This document shows, one piece after another, positions 19,100 to 31,500 of a DNA stretch of 64,000 bases (within the stretch, counting starts at the first letter, position 1; each line of letters begins with the position of its first letter). Where the stretch lies: the IMG/VR virus record IMGVR_UViG_3300020578_000006, positions 165,718 through 229,717 of that record; one strand, written 5' to 3'. The position numbers and the translations under genes are program-made. The notes under the pieces are model-generated. The model saw only the letters and a program-made list of their open reading frames with translations, did no database searches and was not told the DNA's origin.

Positions 19100-19782
19100 A
19101 AGAAAAATTTTATGTAAGGTCACATATGGGTCTAGGTGACATGATATTATGTAACGCTATCGTACGTAATATATGTAAAAAATATAAAAACGTTGTCACT
19201 TTCGTAAAGCCTGAATATGAAAAAAGTATTAAGTTTATGTATAGGGACATACCTAACCTAGAATTGATTGTGATTAATGAGTGTGATATTGATAAACTTT
19301 TAGATACAGTAGATGTAAAAAATAAAATATGGCTTGGTTTTGGTAATATAGAGCATCTATTAGAAAAATATAGGTTTGATGAATGTTTTTATAGGCAGGT
19401 TGGCTTAAAATACGAGCGCAGATGGACAGATTTTTATGTAGAGAGAGATAAAATATCAGAAGAAAATCTTTTTAGTAAAAGCGGCCTAGTGAAAGGAGAA
19501 TATATTTTTATTCATGATGACAAGGAGAGGGGGCTCTTGATACCTGACAAGATGCTACCTCAAGGGATTACACATTACAGGCCAGATAGAGCGGTTGAAA
19601 ATATATTTGATTACTGTACTATAATTGAAAATGCCAAGCAAATCCATGTTATGGATAGTTGTTTTAAGCATATTGCAGATTCTCTTGACTTAACTAATGA
19701 GTTGTACTATCATGTTTATTTACGAAGTAATCGTAATCACAACGTTACCAATAGTAGATTGAGCTGGAATTATATTATATGA
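19093..19782 (+). CDS. Putative GT-B (GT9-like) glycosyltransferase
   Basis: HMGLGD..L, later I..AK..H.MDS pattern. Confidence 0.55.
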   Translation: MLEEKFYVRSHMGLGDMILCNAIVRNICKKYKNVVTFVKPEYEKSIKFMYRDIPNLELIVINECDIDKLLDTVDVKNKIWLGFGNIEHLLEKYRFDECFYRQVGLKYERRWTDFYVERDKISEENLFSKSGLVKGEYIFIHDDKERGLLIPDKMLPQGITHYRPDRAVENIFDYCTIIENAKQIHVMDSCFKHIADSLDLTNELYYHVYLRSNRNHNVTNSRLSWNYII

Positions 19783-20606
19783 AAATTACAGCTGGTATGA
19801 TTGTTTTTAATGCAGAAAAATTTGCTCCAGTTGGTATGCTTCAGGCTCAGTTGGAACAGTTATATTTTCTTGCAGATCAAATAGTTATCGTAGAAGGTGC
19901 AACAAAATCAGATAATAAAACCCATTATTTTGATGGTGATGCAACCTGGTGTACTGAGGATGGTAAGTCTAATGATAGTACTGTTAGTATTATCAAGAAT
20001 TTTCCAGATCCTCAAAATAAGATTATTTTAGTAGAAGCAAAAGGATTCTGGAATGGTAAAACACAAATGTGTAATGAGTGGAGCAAAGTAGCCAATGGTG
20101 ATTACATCTGGCAAATCGATGTAGATGAATTTTATCACAAAAAAGATATATTGAAAATAAAAAATATATTGCAAAAGTATGAGCCTAATGCAGTACATTT
20201 TTTTGCAAATCATTTTTGGGGAGATTATTTTAATTGTATAGATGAATCCTGCCCCTACACATGGGGAAACAATTTACCTTGGAGACGTATTTTTAGACAC
20301 AAACCAGGAAGCAAGTGGCAGAGCCACGAACCACCTGTATATTTGTTACCAGATGGAACAGATTGCAATACCTTGCAATTGATACCAAGAGAGGAAACAC
20401 TAAAGGTTGGATTGAAAATGTTTCACTATTCTTATGTAACACCAGAGCAAATTAGTTTTAAAGCCCGTTTCTATAAGCAATCTTGGACGGAGCAAACATA
20501 TAAAGATTGGTTAGTAGATAAAGCTACACCTGTTAATGGTTCTTCTACAAAACCTTTTACAGGTCAGCACCCTGAGTGGCTTACCAAAATTATACCTATA
20601 AAATAA
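19779..20606 (+). CDS. GT2-like glycosyltransferase
   Basis: IVIVEG, S.DST, WQIDVDE. Confidence 0.75.
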   Translation: MKITAGMIVFNAEKFAPVGMLQAQLEQLYFLADQIVIVEGATKSDNKTHYFDGDATWCTEDGKSNDSTVSIIKNFPDPQNKIILVEAKGFWNGKTQMCNEWSKVANGDYIWQIDVDEFYHKKDILKIKNILQKYEPNAVHFFANHFWGDYFNCIDESCPYTWGNNLPWRRIFRHKPGSKWQSHEPPVYLLPDGTDCNTLQLIPREETLKVGLKMFHYSYVTPEQISFKARFYKQSWTEQTYKDWLVDKATPVNGSSTKPFTGQHPEWLTKIIPIK

Positions 20607-20609
20607 TTT

Positions 20610-21218
20610 ATGACCGATTTAACAACTTTTGTAATGCATCATTCTCCTTTAGGTTATAGAAAAGAAGCTCTTCTAAATGATCTAAAAGCTGTTTCTTTTC
20701 CATACAAAACTGTATGGGTAGAAAGCTTTCCACCATCTCTTTTTCAAGGTACTAATAAAATTACGGCTGGGGAAATGTCTCTTTCGTTTAAACATTATCA
20801 TTCATTTTGTACCCAATTAGAAAATAATATAGATGTCGCGCTTTATATTGAAGATGATGTTGCGTTACTAAGTGTGCCTAACGCTATAGAATTTATAGAG
20901 ACATGTATTAAGGAAATGAAAGAAACTGATGGAGATATTTGTTGGGTAGGTGGTGTGCATTACCTAGGCATTAGAGAGCCTGAGATAAGCGGTAAACACC
21001 TATATTATAGAGAGGATTATACTACAAGATGTACTCATGCGTTTCTAGTAAATAAAAAATGTATCCCAACTATACTTTCAAATTATCATTTTCAAAACCA
21101 GGTTGATATAATGTTAAATACAATAATATCTACACAAAAACTAAAAAATAGTTGGACTAGTCCGTTTTTTGATCAAAAAAGTCATTATGATTCGAATTGG
21201 AAATGCTCAGTTAAATGA
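20610..21218 (+). CDS. GT25-like glycosyltransferase
   Basis: SLSFKHY, IEDDV, CTHAFLV. Confidence 0.7.
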   Translation: MTDLTTFVMHHSPLGYRKEALLNDLKAVSFPYKTVWVESFPPSLFQGTNKITAGEMSLSFKHYHSFCTQLENNIDVALYIEDDVALLSVPNAIEFIETCIKEMKETDGDICWVGGVHYLGIREPEISGKHLYYREDYTTRCTHAFLVNKKCIPTILSNYHFQNQVDIMLNTIISTQKLKNSWTSPFFDQKSHYDSNWKCSVK

Positions 21219-21832
21219 CCCCATCCTTTCGAGCTGTCTCTTATACATACGGTAATATTCCTTCAGAAGTTGTTGAATATCAAAAAAAAGTTTTTGATTT
21301 TCTAAATTTGCCTATCGATCAATATATAGGTGGGTACGATCATGGTCAGTTTTTAGAAAAAATCTTAACAGAGGCGAAAACAGATTATACTATATTTTTT
21401 GACATAGACTGTATTCCATTAGTACCTAATTTTGATTCTATTATACAAGAGGAATTATTAAAAGAAGAATGTTTAATTGGTATTGAGCAGACGGGCCATC
21501 CGAGATATCATATATATGCCGGGCCAGGGTGTATGGGATTATCTTCTAATTTGTATAAAAAATTAGAATCCCCTCAGTTAAATCAAAACTTTAGAAGTGA
21601 TGTTGCTGAAGAGTTGACTTGGCGATGTGAAGAGAGGGCAATTAAAGTAAAGTTTTTTAAGGTGTCAAGTATTGAGCAACCTAAATGGCGATTAGGTTAT
21701 GATAGAGAGTTTGGAATAGGGACTACTTACAAATATAGTAATATAGACGTATTATATCATCAGTTTGAAATTAGATACAATTACGGCAATTTTATAGAAA
21801 AATGTAAGTCAATACTAGGGACAAGTACTTAA
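21215..21832 (+). CDS. Putative GT-A glycosyltransferase
   Basis: IFFDIDCIPL DxD motif. Confidence 0.6.
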   Translation: MTPSFRAVSYTYGNIPSEVVEYQKKVFDFLNLPIDQYIGGYDHGQFLEKILTEAKTDYTIFFDIDCIPLVPNFDSIIQEELLKEECLIGIEQTGHPRYHIYAGPGCMGLSSNLYKKLESPQLNQNFRSDVAEELTWRCEERAIKVKFFKVSSIEQPKWRLGYDREFGIGTTYKYSNIDVLYHQFEIRYNYGNFIEKCKSILGTST

Positions 21833-21836
21833 TATT

Positions 21837-24278
21837 TTAAATTACTTGAAATTCTATTGTGTAATTTGTATTTGCCCCTAATTGCTGCACTCGCATAGTA
21901 TAAGAGCCTTGATTATAGGGAGCAGAAGCGGTAAGAATTTCTTGATTTATGTTACCGGGTCCAAAGTGTTGTTGTGCTAGCATTTGATCTGGATTATCTC
22001 CTGCTGTCCATTGAGACCCTGATTGAATTCCCAACCATGCTACATTATCTACTGAATTGTAATTCCTAAGTATAATTTTATTTAATATCTTATTATTCCC
22101 TACATTAAAGGTAAAATAATCACTATTTCCAGCTACAGAAGCAACAACTAAGCCATTACCAGTGTTTAAAGTTACAGGTGTAGGAACAAGTGCTATGTTT
22201 GAAAAAGGACCATTAATATTTTCTGCCCATATTGTATAACTAGGAGGCTCGGGGGAAGGTGATGGAGGGCAAGCACTTAAGAATCTTAAGTCTGTTGAGC
22301 TATTTAAATAAAATTGTGTTGAATCTCTATATGGCACCCTACTGAAAAATATATTATTTGTACTTAGTGGTATTGTTGATGTATTTACATAGCAATGTGA
22401 TAGATACTGTGCAAATAATTCAGTTGCTGTTGTTGTTGCTATAGATGTAGCTGGAAATTTGCTAACAGTTAGATTTGTTGTAGGTGGTCGAGAAGGGTTA
22501 TTAATACTAGGGTCTCCAAGACCATAATTGCCTGCTAGACCGGAGCTGGAGAGAGTGTTGACACTAGCACACTGCATTAGAAAATTTTTAGCTTGTTGCG
22601 GTGTAAAATGAGGAAATCTTTCTAATATTGTGCATAAAATACCTGCAATATTGGGTCCTGACATTGAGGTCCCGCTTAGCTTGCTCAAGAAATAACCTGA
22701 ATAACCTGGGTATGTTACACCGCTTATGAAAGCACTTTGAATATATGAGCCTGGAGCATATATACTTACACCACTACCATACTGAGAGTATTCAGCTCTT
22801 GCAGCTACAGCGTCTATTAAAGAAGAAATAGTTCTACCTCCGATAGCCCCTACTGTTATAACTGGATTATCTTCATGTGATGTCCAATTAGAGATAGGAT
22901 AAGCGGGGGAATCTTCTCTACTGTTACACGTACCCGAATTCATTCTATCGTCAATCGGGGTTACAATTAATATGTTTCCATTGCCCGCAGAATGAACAAA
23001 ATGAATGCCATTATCGGTTAATTGTTTTACTTTTTGATCTATAACATCAACAGTACCACATGAATATCCGTAACTATTATTCATTACAGAAGGTCGTGAA
23101 GATAACCCTGGAACAGTCCTTTTATATTTGTGATACCGTTCAATTAAATCAAGCATTAAGTATAAACCTTCAGTAGAATTACCATACCCGTTAGATGTTG
23201 AAAAATTTATTCTCATTGAAAAAATTTGTGCATCTATTGCCCAGCCGCAACTAGAGCCTGCAACGGTTCCTGTGCAGTGTGTCCCGTGGCCGTTGGTATC
23301 TTGATAAAATAAGCTTCTATCTGATTGACAATTATAATCTGTTCTTGCAATTACCCCACCCCCGACCCCGGATCCGGGGAGGCCACCCCAATAATACATA
23401 GTATCTTGCTGTCCAGAAGATGCTAGTGGGTTGTTGTTTGGCCAAACCGTTAATGAAACTGTACCAGTAGAAGCACCATTATTAGAAACATAATCACTAT
23501 TAAAAGGAACATAACTAGTAGATCCTATAAAAAATGGATGCGCGCTAGTTGTATTTACTAAATTAAAATCATAAACACCGGTTCTAAAACTAACAGGAAA
23601 CCCACCGGCTGGGTGTCTAGCTGTAGGAACACCTACTCTATCTTTCACAACATAAACTGTATCTTTTTCAACACCATTAATAAAATATGAATTTTGTCCA
23701 GGATTACCTGGTGAAGCGCTAACAGTCACAGTAATATTTCTATCTGCTGTAACAGGGGCAAATAGTGACCAATTAAGAAACTGTAGTCTTGTTTGACCGT
23801 TTTGATCTAACCATTCAGGATGACCTGGTACTATTCCGGAATCAAGAATTATCGCATCAACACCACTACCTGTATAATGATAGGTAAACTCCATATCAAA
23901 TGGGGGTAGCGCAGATAGAGAATTACACCTTCCAAACCCCCATTGTTCAGGGGTAGTATTACTACTAGAATTAAACGCCTGCCCAACAGTAGTTAATTGT
24001 CTTTTTTTACCAGCTTGACTATTAGGTTCAAATTGAACGTCTAACCTCTCTTCAACAATTACTACCCCAGGGCATTTTTTTAAAGCATTTGCTTCTTCCT
24101 CTGTTAAAAAGGCTTTAATAGTTGTAGATGAAGAAGACATGTAATCACTCACTTCAACACACCGAGAAAGGGAAGGGGTTTCAGTTCCTTCAGGAATAAC
24201 TCCAGGTGTATATAATTGTTCAACAATACTGTCTATTTGGTCTTCTGTTGAAGCGGTTATAAAAAATTCTTTTTTCAT
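21837..24278 (-). CDS. S8 subtilisin-like serine peptidase with inserted domain
   Basis: Triad motifs IILDSG, GHGTHCTG, SGTSMSGP; N-terminal propeptide-like region. Confidence 0.9.
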   Translation of the reverse strand: MKKEFFITASTEDQIDSIVEQLYTPGVIPEGTETPSLSRCVEVSDYMSSSSTTIKAFLTEEEANALKKCPGVVIVEERLDVQFEPNSQAGKKRQLTTVGQAFNSSSNTTPEQWGFGRCNSLSALPPFDMEFTYHYTGSGVDAIILDSGIVPGHPEWLDQNGQTRLQFLNWSLFAPVTADRNITVTVSASPGNPGQNSYFINGVEKDTVYVVKDRVGVPTARHPAGGFPVSFRTGVYDFNLVNTTSAHPFFIGSTSYVPFNSDYVSNNGASTGTVSLTVWPNNNPLASSGQQDTMYYWGGLPGSGVGGGVIARTDYNCQSDRSLFYQDTNGHGTHCTGTVAGSSCGWAIDAQIFSMRINFSTSNGYGNSTEGLYLMLDLIERYHKYKRTVPGLSSRPSVMNNSYGYSCGTVDVIDQKVKQLTDNGIHFVHSAGNGNILIVTPIDDRMNSGTCNSREDSPAYPISNWTSHEDNPVITVGAIGGRTISSLIDAVAARAEYSQYGSGVSIYAPGSYIQSAFISGVTYPGYSGYFLSKLSGTSMSGPNIAGILCTILERFPHFTPQQAKNFLMQCASVNTLSSSGLAGNYGLGDPSINNPSRPPTTNLTVSKFPATSIATTTATELFAQYLSHCYVNTSTIPLSTNNIFFSRVPYRDSTQFYLNSSTDLRFLSACPPSPSPEPPSYTIWAENINGPFSNIALVPTPVTLNTGNGLVVASVAGNSDYFTFNVGNNKILNKIILRNYNSVDNVAWLGIQSGSQWTAGDNPDQMLAQQHFGPGNINQEILTASAPYNQGSYTMRVQQLGANTNYTIEFQVI

Positions 24279-25528
24279 ATGTTTAGTCTAAATATTGTTA
24301 CTACCGCGTTACCGCTTAATGGCGCAAGCGGTGGTGGCGGAGGTGTTGGTGGTAGGTTGCCTAAAATATTTAGTTCAGCACCCCACAGAGCAACGTGCGA
24401 ACCAAAAGTTATATTGTCTAGTAAAAATACTGTAGGGTAATTATAAGAACCGGCAGCAGGTGATACAGTCCATCTAACTTCAAAACGCTTCCATTCATTA
24501 GTCAAATTACCATTTACCGGTATGGACACTCTATCAGAAAGACCGTCTTTTGTAACGCTTATTATTTCACCGCTATTAACATTAGTACCACTCAATAATC
24601 TAGCCCAAACAGACATCCTAAATTGTCTTCCTGGGTTATATTCATCTCTAAATTGCCATGATACATATCTAGGGGTAAAATTAGAAAATTCTGTATATAT
24701 TGATCTGGCATCTTGTGAACCGTCAGGAGCTGTTCCGTAGCCAAGAGGAGAATTTTTTGTATTCCAACCATAATCCCATCCACCGCCCCCTGGTTCAAAG
24801 AAGCCATCTGGAGGGCATTCTACTCTATCAATACGAGCTGAACATGAAATATAATTTGTAGATAAGTTTGGAACATACGCACATAACATAGCCACATTAG
24901 AATAAACCGGGTTAGAGCCTCTTGCAGATATTTTTGCTCTTAGTCTTTTAACACTATTTCTAGAAATGCTTAAGGTGGAAAGTATAGGAGAGTCTGTGGC
25001 AACTGTAATATAGTTTCCTGAATATGGGAAATCTAAAGTTTCCCAATCAATAGTAACAGGGGTACTATTACTAGCAGAAGCTGTACAAGACACAGTAAAG
25101 GGCCTATCTGCAATAACTTCCACTAATTGTTGTATATTTTTTATTACAGATATATTAACATCGAGTGGCTTTACACTTAATGATGCAGAACTTGTAAAGT
25201 TTGGATGCCTTATATTGGAAGCGCTAAGCCTACACCTTATTAAAGAATTGTTTAAACTAGTTGTTGTTGACAGAAAAATAACTCTAGTTGTGGCAAAGTT
25301 AATATCATTGAAGGTAGAAGATTGATTTAGAGCTATTTGCCATTGATAGGTTATATTAAAGGTAGGTACTGTGACTCCTGATACTCCAAACGCTATAGTA
25401 TCCCCATCATATACCGTGACGCTACTTGGTTGTTGGGTGATTGTTAAATTAGTAAATGGTATTATTGTTAAGGGTGTACCTAATTTTATTATAGGTATTT
25501 TAGTGCCTTTTAATAAGCTGAATCTCAC
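24275..25528 (-). CDS. Ig-like plus carbohydrate-binding-like virion protein
   Basis: ITQQPSSVTV, TYQWQ, IRCRLS Ig pattern; SVWAR...NEWKRFEV jelly-roll-like segment. Confidence 0.65.
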   Translation of the reverse strand: MRFSLLKGTKIPIIKLGTPLTIIPFTNLTITQQPSSVTVYDGDTIAFGVSGVTVPTFNITYQWQIALNQSSTFNDINFATTRVIFLSTTTSLNNSLIRCRLSASNIRHPNFTSSASLSVKPLDVNISVIKNIQQLVEVIADRPFTVSCTASASNSTPVTIDWETLDFPYSGNYITVATDSPILSTLSISRNSVKRLRAKISARGSNPVYSNVAMLCAYVPNLSTNYISCSARIDRVECPPDGFFEPGGGGWDYGWNTKNSPLGYGTAPDGSQDARSIYTEFSNFTPRYVSWQFRDEYNPGRQFRMSVWARLLSGTNVNSGEIISVTKDGLSDRVSIPVNGNLTNEWKRFEVRWTVSPAAGSYNYPTVFLLDNITFGSHVALWGAELNILGNLPPTPPPPPLAPLSGNAVVTIFRLNI

Positions 25529-25532
25529 TACC

Positions 25533-28500
25533 TTATTCTACTCTTATAAACCCACCGCTTAATGCGATGTAAGACAGTAGAACCTCCGTGCTTAATGCAT
25601 CTAATCCGATTCTTAAATGAATTGGATTTGCGGGATTATAATCCATAGAAACTAAAGGCAGATTTGAAGTACCGTCGTTTTCCAAAGCATCAGACGCTTG
25701 GAATATAACTTTAGTACTTCCACCAACATCTATTGCTGCCCCGACAAACTGCTTTACCAAAGAGCGAACATTTTTGAGAGTATTTGTTCCGCTCAATTTA
25801 ATAATATCTGTTGAGGTTTCATCAGACCAATTAGGTGGGGTAGTCTGGGTGGCTTGAACTCTGAGATGTTTAGCTACATTACTGTTTGTCATATCAAGAT
25901 ACAGCATACCTCTTAATGATCCGCCTTCTAACAATCTATTTCCTAGATCATTTGCACTTAGTGTAATATAATTACTATATTCCATTTGCACCGCGGGGGT
26001 CATAGAAGCCATGTAAGGTGTGAGTGTATATCTTAAATTACTTAAACTATTAACAGTTGTGTGAGTGCTGTCCCAATCAGCTGAAGTCTCATTTACAGAA
26101 GTATAAGTACTATCCCAATCAGCTGAAGTCTCATTTACAGAAGTATAAGTACTATCCCAGTCGGCTGAAGTCTCTGAAACCGATGTATAAGTTGAATTCC
26201 AGTCGGCTGAAGTCTCTGAAACCGATGTATAAGTTGAATTCCAGTCGGCTGAAGTCTCATTTACAGAAGTATAAGTACTATCCCAGTCGGCTGAAGTCTC
26301 ATTTACAGAAGTATAGGTACTATCCCAATCAGCTGAAGTCTCATTTACAGAAGTATAAGTACTATCCCAATCAGCTGACGTCTCTGAAACCGATGTATAA
26401 GTACTAACCCAATCAGCTGAAGTCTCACTTACAGATGTGTATGTAGCATCCCAATTAGCTGATGTTTCACTAACGGAAGTGTATGTGGCATCCCAGTTAG
26501 CAGAGGTTTCACTGACGTCTGTATATGTAGCATCCCAATTAGCTGATGTATTGCTAACGTCTGTATAGACATTGTTCCAATCAGCTGATGTTTCACTAAC
26601 GTCGGTGTATGTGGCATCCCAGTTAGCAGATACCGTGGCTATATCATTGGTTACAGAACTATATGCTTGATCCCAATCAGCTGATGTTTCACTAACGTCG
26701 GTGTATGTGGCGTCCCAGGTAGCAGAAGTGTTACTAACGTCGGTATAGACGTTGTTCCAATCTCCGCTTAACACATTTACCGTATCTCTAGAAGATTGAA
26801 GAGGTATTAATATTTCATCCACATCAGTTTTTGTGTAATATAATGAAGATACAAAATTACCGCTAACGGAGGCAAACTCTAAAACCAGTGAATCGACATA
26901 TCGTTTAGATACAAACTCATCTGCATTTGTAAAATTAGTAGACAAGGTTTGAGAAGTTGTTAACTTCCCGATCATATTGTCACCTATATCTCTTATGTAG
27001 CTATTGCTAAGCGTGTTGTAGGTTGTATAGGTACCGTTCCATTTTAAGGAGTTGTTATTAACATAATCATATGTGGCATCCCAGTTAGCAGTTACCGGGG
27101 CTATATCATTGGTTACAGAACTATAAGCTTGATCCCAGTTAGCAGTTACCGGGGCTATATCATTGGTTACAGAGCTATAAGCTTGATCCCAGTTAGCAGT
27201 TACCGGGGCTATATCATTGGTTACAGAGCTATAAGCTTGATCCCAGTTAGCACTGGTTTCGCTTACCGAGGTGTAAGTGCTGTCCCAGTCAGCCGAAGTT
27301 TCGCTTACCGATGTATAAGCTTGATCCCAGTTAGCACTGGTTTCGCTTACCGAGGTGTAAGTGCTGTCCCAGTCAGCCGAAGTTTCGCTTACCGATGTAT
27401 AAGTTGAATCCCAATTGGCGCTAGCTTCACTTACAGAAGTATAAGTACTATCCCAGTCGGCTGAAGTCTCTGAAACCGATGTATAAGTTGAATTCCAGTC
27501 GGCTGAAGTCTCACTTACAGAAGTATAAGTACTATCCCAATCAGCTGACGTCTCTGAAACCGATGTATAAGTACTATCCCAATCAGCTGAAGTCTCATTT
27601 ACAGAAGTATAAGTACTATCCCAATCAGCTGACGTCTCTGAAACCGATGTATAAGTTGAATTCCAGTCGGCTGAAGTCTCATTTACAGAAGTATAAGTAC
27701 TATCCCAATCAGCTGACGTCTCACTTACAGAAGTATAGGTACTATCCCAATCAGCTGACGTCTCACTTACAGAAGTATAGGTACTATCCCAATCAGCTGA
27801 CGTCTCACTTACAGCTGTATATGTAGCATCCCAATTAGCTGACGTCTCACTTACAGCTGTATATGTAGCATCCCAATTAGCTGACGTCTCACTTACAGCT
27901 GTATATGTAGCATCCCAATTAGCTGACGTCTCACTGACGTCTGTATATGTAGCATCCCAATTAGCTGAAGTCTCACTGACGTCTGTATATGTAGCATCCC
28001 AATTAGCTGAAGTCTCACTTACAGAAGTATAAGTACTATCCCAATCAGCTGACGTCTCACTTACAGAAGTATAGGTACTATCCCAATCAGCTGATGTTTC
28101 ACTTACCGAGGTGTAAGTACTATCCCAATTGGCGCTAGCTTCACTTACTGATGTGTAAGTGCTATCCCAACTAGCAGACGCAGTTTGTAACGGTGTTATA
28201 AAAGCTGATTCTTCCCAACTATCCGACAATGATCTTACTAGAGTTTCGACACTCCCCCAACCAGCTGAATTAGTTCTGGTTGTACTGTAAACCGAATCCC
28301 AACTAGCAGACGCGGTTTGTAACGGTGTTATAAAAGCTGATTCTTCCCAACTATCCGACAATGATCTTACTAGAGTTTCAACACTCTCCCAACCAGCTGA
28401 ATTAGTTCTGGTTGTACTGTAAACCGAATTCCAATCATTACTATTTCCGTTAAAAGCATAAACTATATTCCTGGCGCTTAAATTAGAACTAACATTTACG

Positions 28501-31500
28501 CCATTTAAAAATGATATATGTAAAGTGTTTGCCCCGGTACCAGGTGTATCGTCACTATCAGAAATTACAGCTGAATTCCCTGCAGTAGCACTATAAAGAT
28601 CTGTTACTGATAAACTTGCTAGATGGGTAAGGGCTCCTATGGTAACTTCATTGCTAGAGAGGTATTGCAAAACGGTACTTAATGCAAAATCTGGTTGCCA
28701 GTATCCGGAATTGGTTGTTGTTGTATTATAATTACTTACCCAGTTATTACTGTTTCTGCCATTTCCTGTTCCTGCTAAATCTATGCTGTTAGAAATATTT
28801 AAACCTGCACTAATAGTTACCGTTGTCGAATTAATCTCAAATAAATTTCTTCTAACTGTATCCGAAGTGCCGTTACCAACAATAAAGAGACTTGATGACG
28901 GTTGATTGTATAAACCTATAACAACCTGATTAGATCCGTTGCTAATTAATGATTCACCACCTACGGTGACAGAATTATTACCATAAACATAATTGTTTCT
29001 TCCTGCAAAATTACCAGAAAAATTACCTACTACTACACCTTGATATCCTAAGCCGTAAGAAAAATTACCGTAAGACTCTGATACACTACCTAGTACACTG
29101 TTTTTAATTGTACCTCCGCTAAGATAAGAAAAATTATCTGCACTGGTAAACCTATAGTTCTCTCTCTCAAAATAAAACCCTGCTGTACCGAATGTTGGTC
29201 TATGTACTGTGTCTTGTGAACCACCGTACAATACCCAGCCAGCATTTCCAGCTGCAGAACAAGATATTGTTATGTTTTCAAATGCATATGAATCCATTAA
29301 ATTACCTATAGTAATTTCTAGATCGTTTCCATTTTTTGCTCTTACATAAGCATCAAAATAGCCGTATCTGTAAGTATTACTGTTGGTTAAGGTGTTGTTG
29401 GGTCTATCTGGTAAAATAAATCCTGTTCCCGCAGGGGATGTGGAGGGCATTTCCCTTGGTACCCATAATGTAAGAGGGGAGCCACTCTTAAGTCCAGTTA
29501 AAACACTAGAATTAGTAAATCTAACTAAAACATGTTTAGGAATATTTTTATAATTACCTGTAAGACCTACGTAATCAGTACCTGGTGTTCCAATTTGACT
29601 TGTAATAATAGAGACACCAGGGTTCCCTCCATTTGCTCTAGACTGTAAATTGACATTTTGTCTTGTTTTTTGTGCTGGTACCCAGTTGGATTGATTACCT
29701 ATAAATAAATCAAATCTAAACGTGGAGAGCGTTGGGTTAGCAGAAACCTGAGTACACTGTGCATTATATGATGCTGCTACTATACCGGCGACCCCTGGGT
29801 TAACAGCCAGAGTGACAACCTCACCAACATTGATTAGAGAATAGTTTGTATTGGTGGTTGAGTTAACTCCAATTAATACCCCTGTCAATCTATCAGTATT
29901 TGTTAAAAGTAAAGCGTTGTTAGTGTCAACAAATCCACCCTGATTGGCAGTAATAGTTGTAGAAATTTGAAATTGAGGTAGGGTGTGTACAAAAAATCTA
30001 TTTGTATACCCGCTAGGTAGGTTATAACCATAAACATCGCTAACATTACCACCCATGGTCATTTGCCATTCTCGGGTAGCGTTAAATGGCGCGCCTACCC
30101 ACATTACGTGGGTGTGATCTGAACCCCCGGTAAAGTTATTAATACCTGCTCTAAAAGTCATTCCGTGTGTAATGGCGGCTCTTCCATCACTTACAAATGT
30201 TGTGCCTGGGTCCATGTTATCTACGTTTTGAATATGAAGTCCGTAGACACCTAGGTTAGGTAAATTCCTTACGGAAGTATCGTAAGTAGGTGATTGGCCT
30301 TTAAGTATCAAGCCGCCAGGTAATGCAAAAGTTGATTCGGAATTAAAGAAATCGTAATTTTGCCGAAGCGTTGCACTTAAGGCAGGGTAATCTGAGTTTT
30401 TAACTAGCGTTCCAATCTTAGGTGAAATTACTATTCCACCGGCGCTAATTCTATCTGTTACAGTATTGCTTAGTGTTCTTACGTCGTTTGTAGAAAGATA
30501 GTTTGTTACTGTAGGTAGTATTTCAGCACTTTCTTCCCAAGTCGTGGATAGTGCTTGTACAGTGTTCTTAACACTATCCCAACCAGCTGATATTTCTGAA
30601 ACCGATGTATATGTCGAATTCCAGTTAGCAGTTACCGGGGCTATATCATTGGTTACAGAGCTATAAGCTTGATCCCAGTTAGCAGTTACCGGGGCTATAT
30701 CATTGGTTACAGAGCTATAAGCTTGATCCCAATTAGCAGATGTATCCCTTACAGATGTGTAATTATTATCCCACTTAGCACTATTCTGACTTACTGAGGT
30801 GTATGTTCCTCCACCATCGTTCCAGCTTGCACTAACAGCAGCTACACTACCATAAACACTATCCCAGTTAGCAGAGTTGTTTCTACTAGATGTATAATTG
30901 CTGTTCCAATTAGCTGATACAGCAGCAACATCTGATATAAAACTAGATTCTTCCCAAGCATCTGAGAGTGACCTTACTGTTGTTTCGACTGATTCCCAGC
31001 CAGCTGAATTACCTTGGGTAGTACTATAAACTGAATTCCAGTTAGCAGAAGTATCTCTTACAGATGTTTCAACTGATTCCCAACCCCCACTATTACTTTG
31101 TGTGGTGCTATATACACTATTCCAGTTAGCAGATGTATCCCTTACAGATGTGTAATTATTATCCCACTTAGCACTATTCTGACTTACTGAGGTGTATGTT
31201 CCTCCACCATCGTTCCAGCTTGCACTAACAGCAGCTACACTACCATAAACACTATCCCAGTTAGCAGAGTTGTTTCTACTAGATGTATAAACTGAATCCC
31301 AATTAGCAGAATTATTTCTACTAGATGTATAATTGCTGTTCCAATTAGCTGATACAGCAGCAACATCTGATATAAAACTAGATTCTTCCCAAGCATCTGA
31401 GAGTGACCTTACTGTTGTTTCGACTGATTCCCACCCTCCACTATTATTTTGGGTAGTACTATATACACTATTCCAGTTAGCGGATGTATCCCTTACAGAT

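Noticed and set aside
15759-21832. Eukaryotic giant-virus (NCLDV) origin suggested by the GT cluster and Hc1-like gene
   Set aside because: uvsW/uvsY, phoH, the holin-lipoprotein-endolysin cassette, sigma70 promoters and tmRNA indicate a bacteriophage.
26057-28170. CRISPR array, or real plus-strand ORFs (26057, 26429, 27129, 27479)
   Set aside because: The repeats are contiguous, in-frame 42/54-bp coding units with no unique spacers; the plus-strand ORFs are antisense shadows of the fibre gene.
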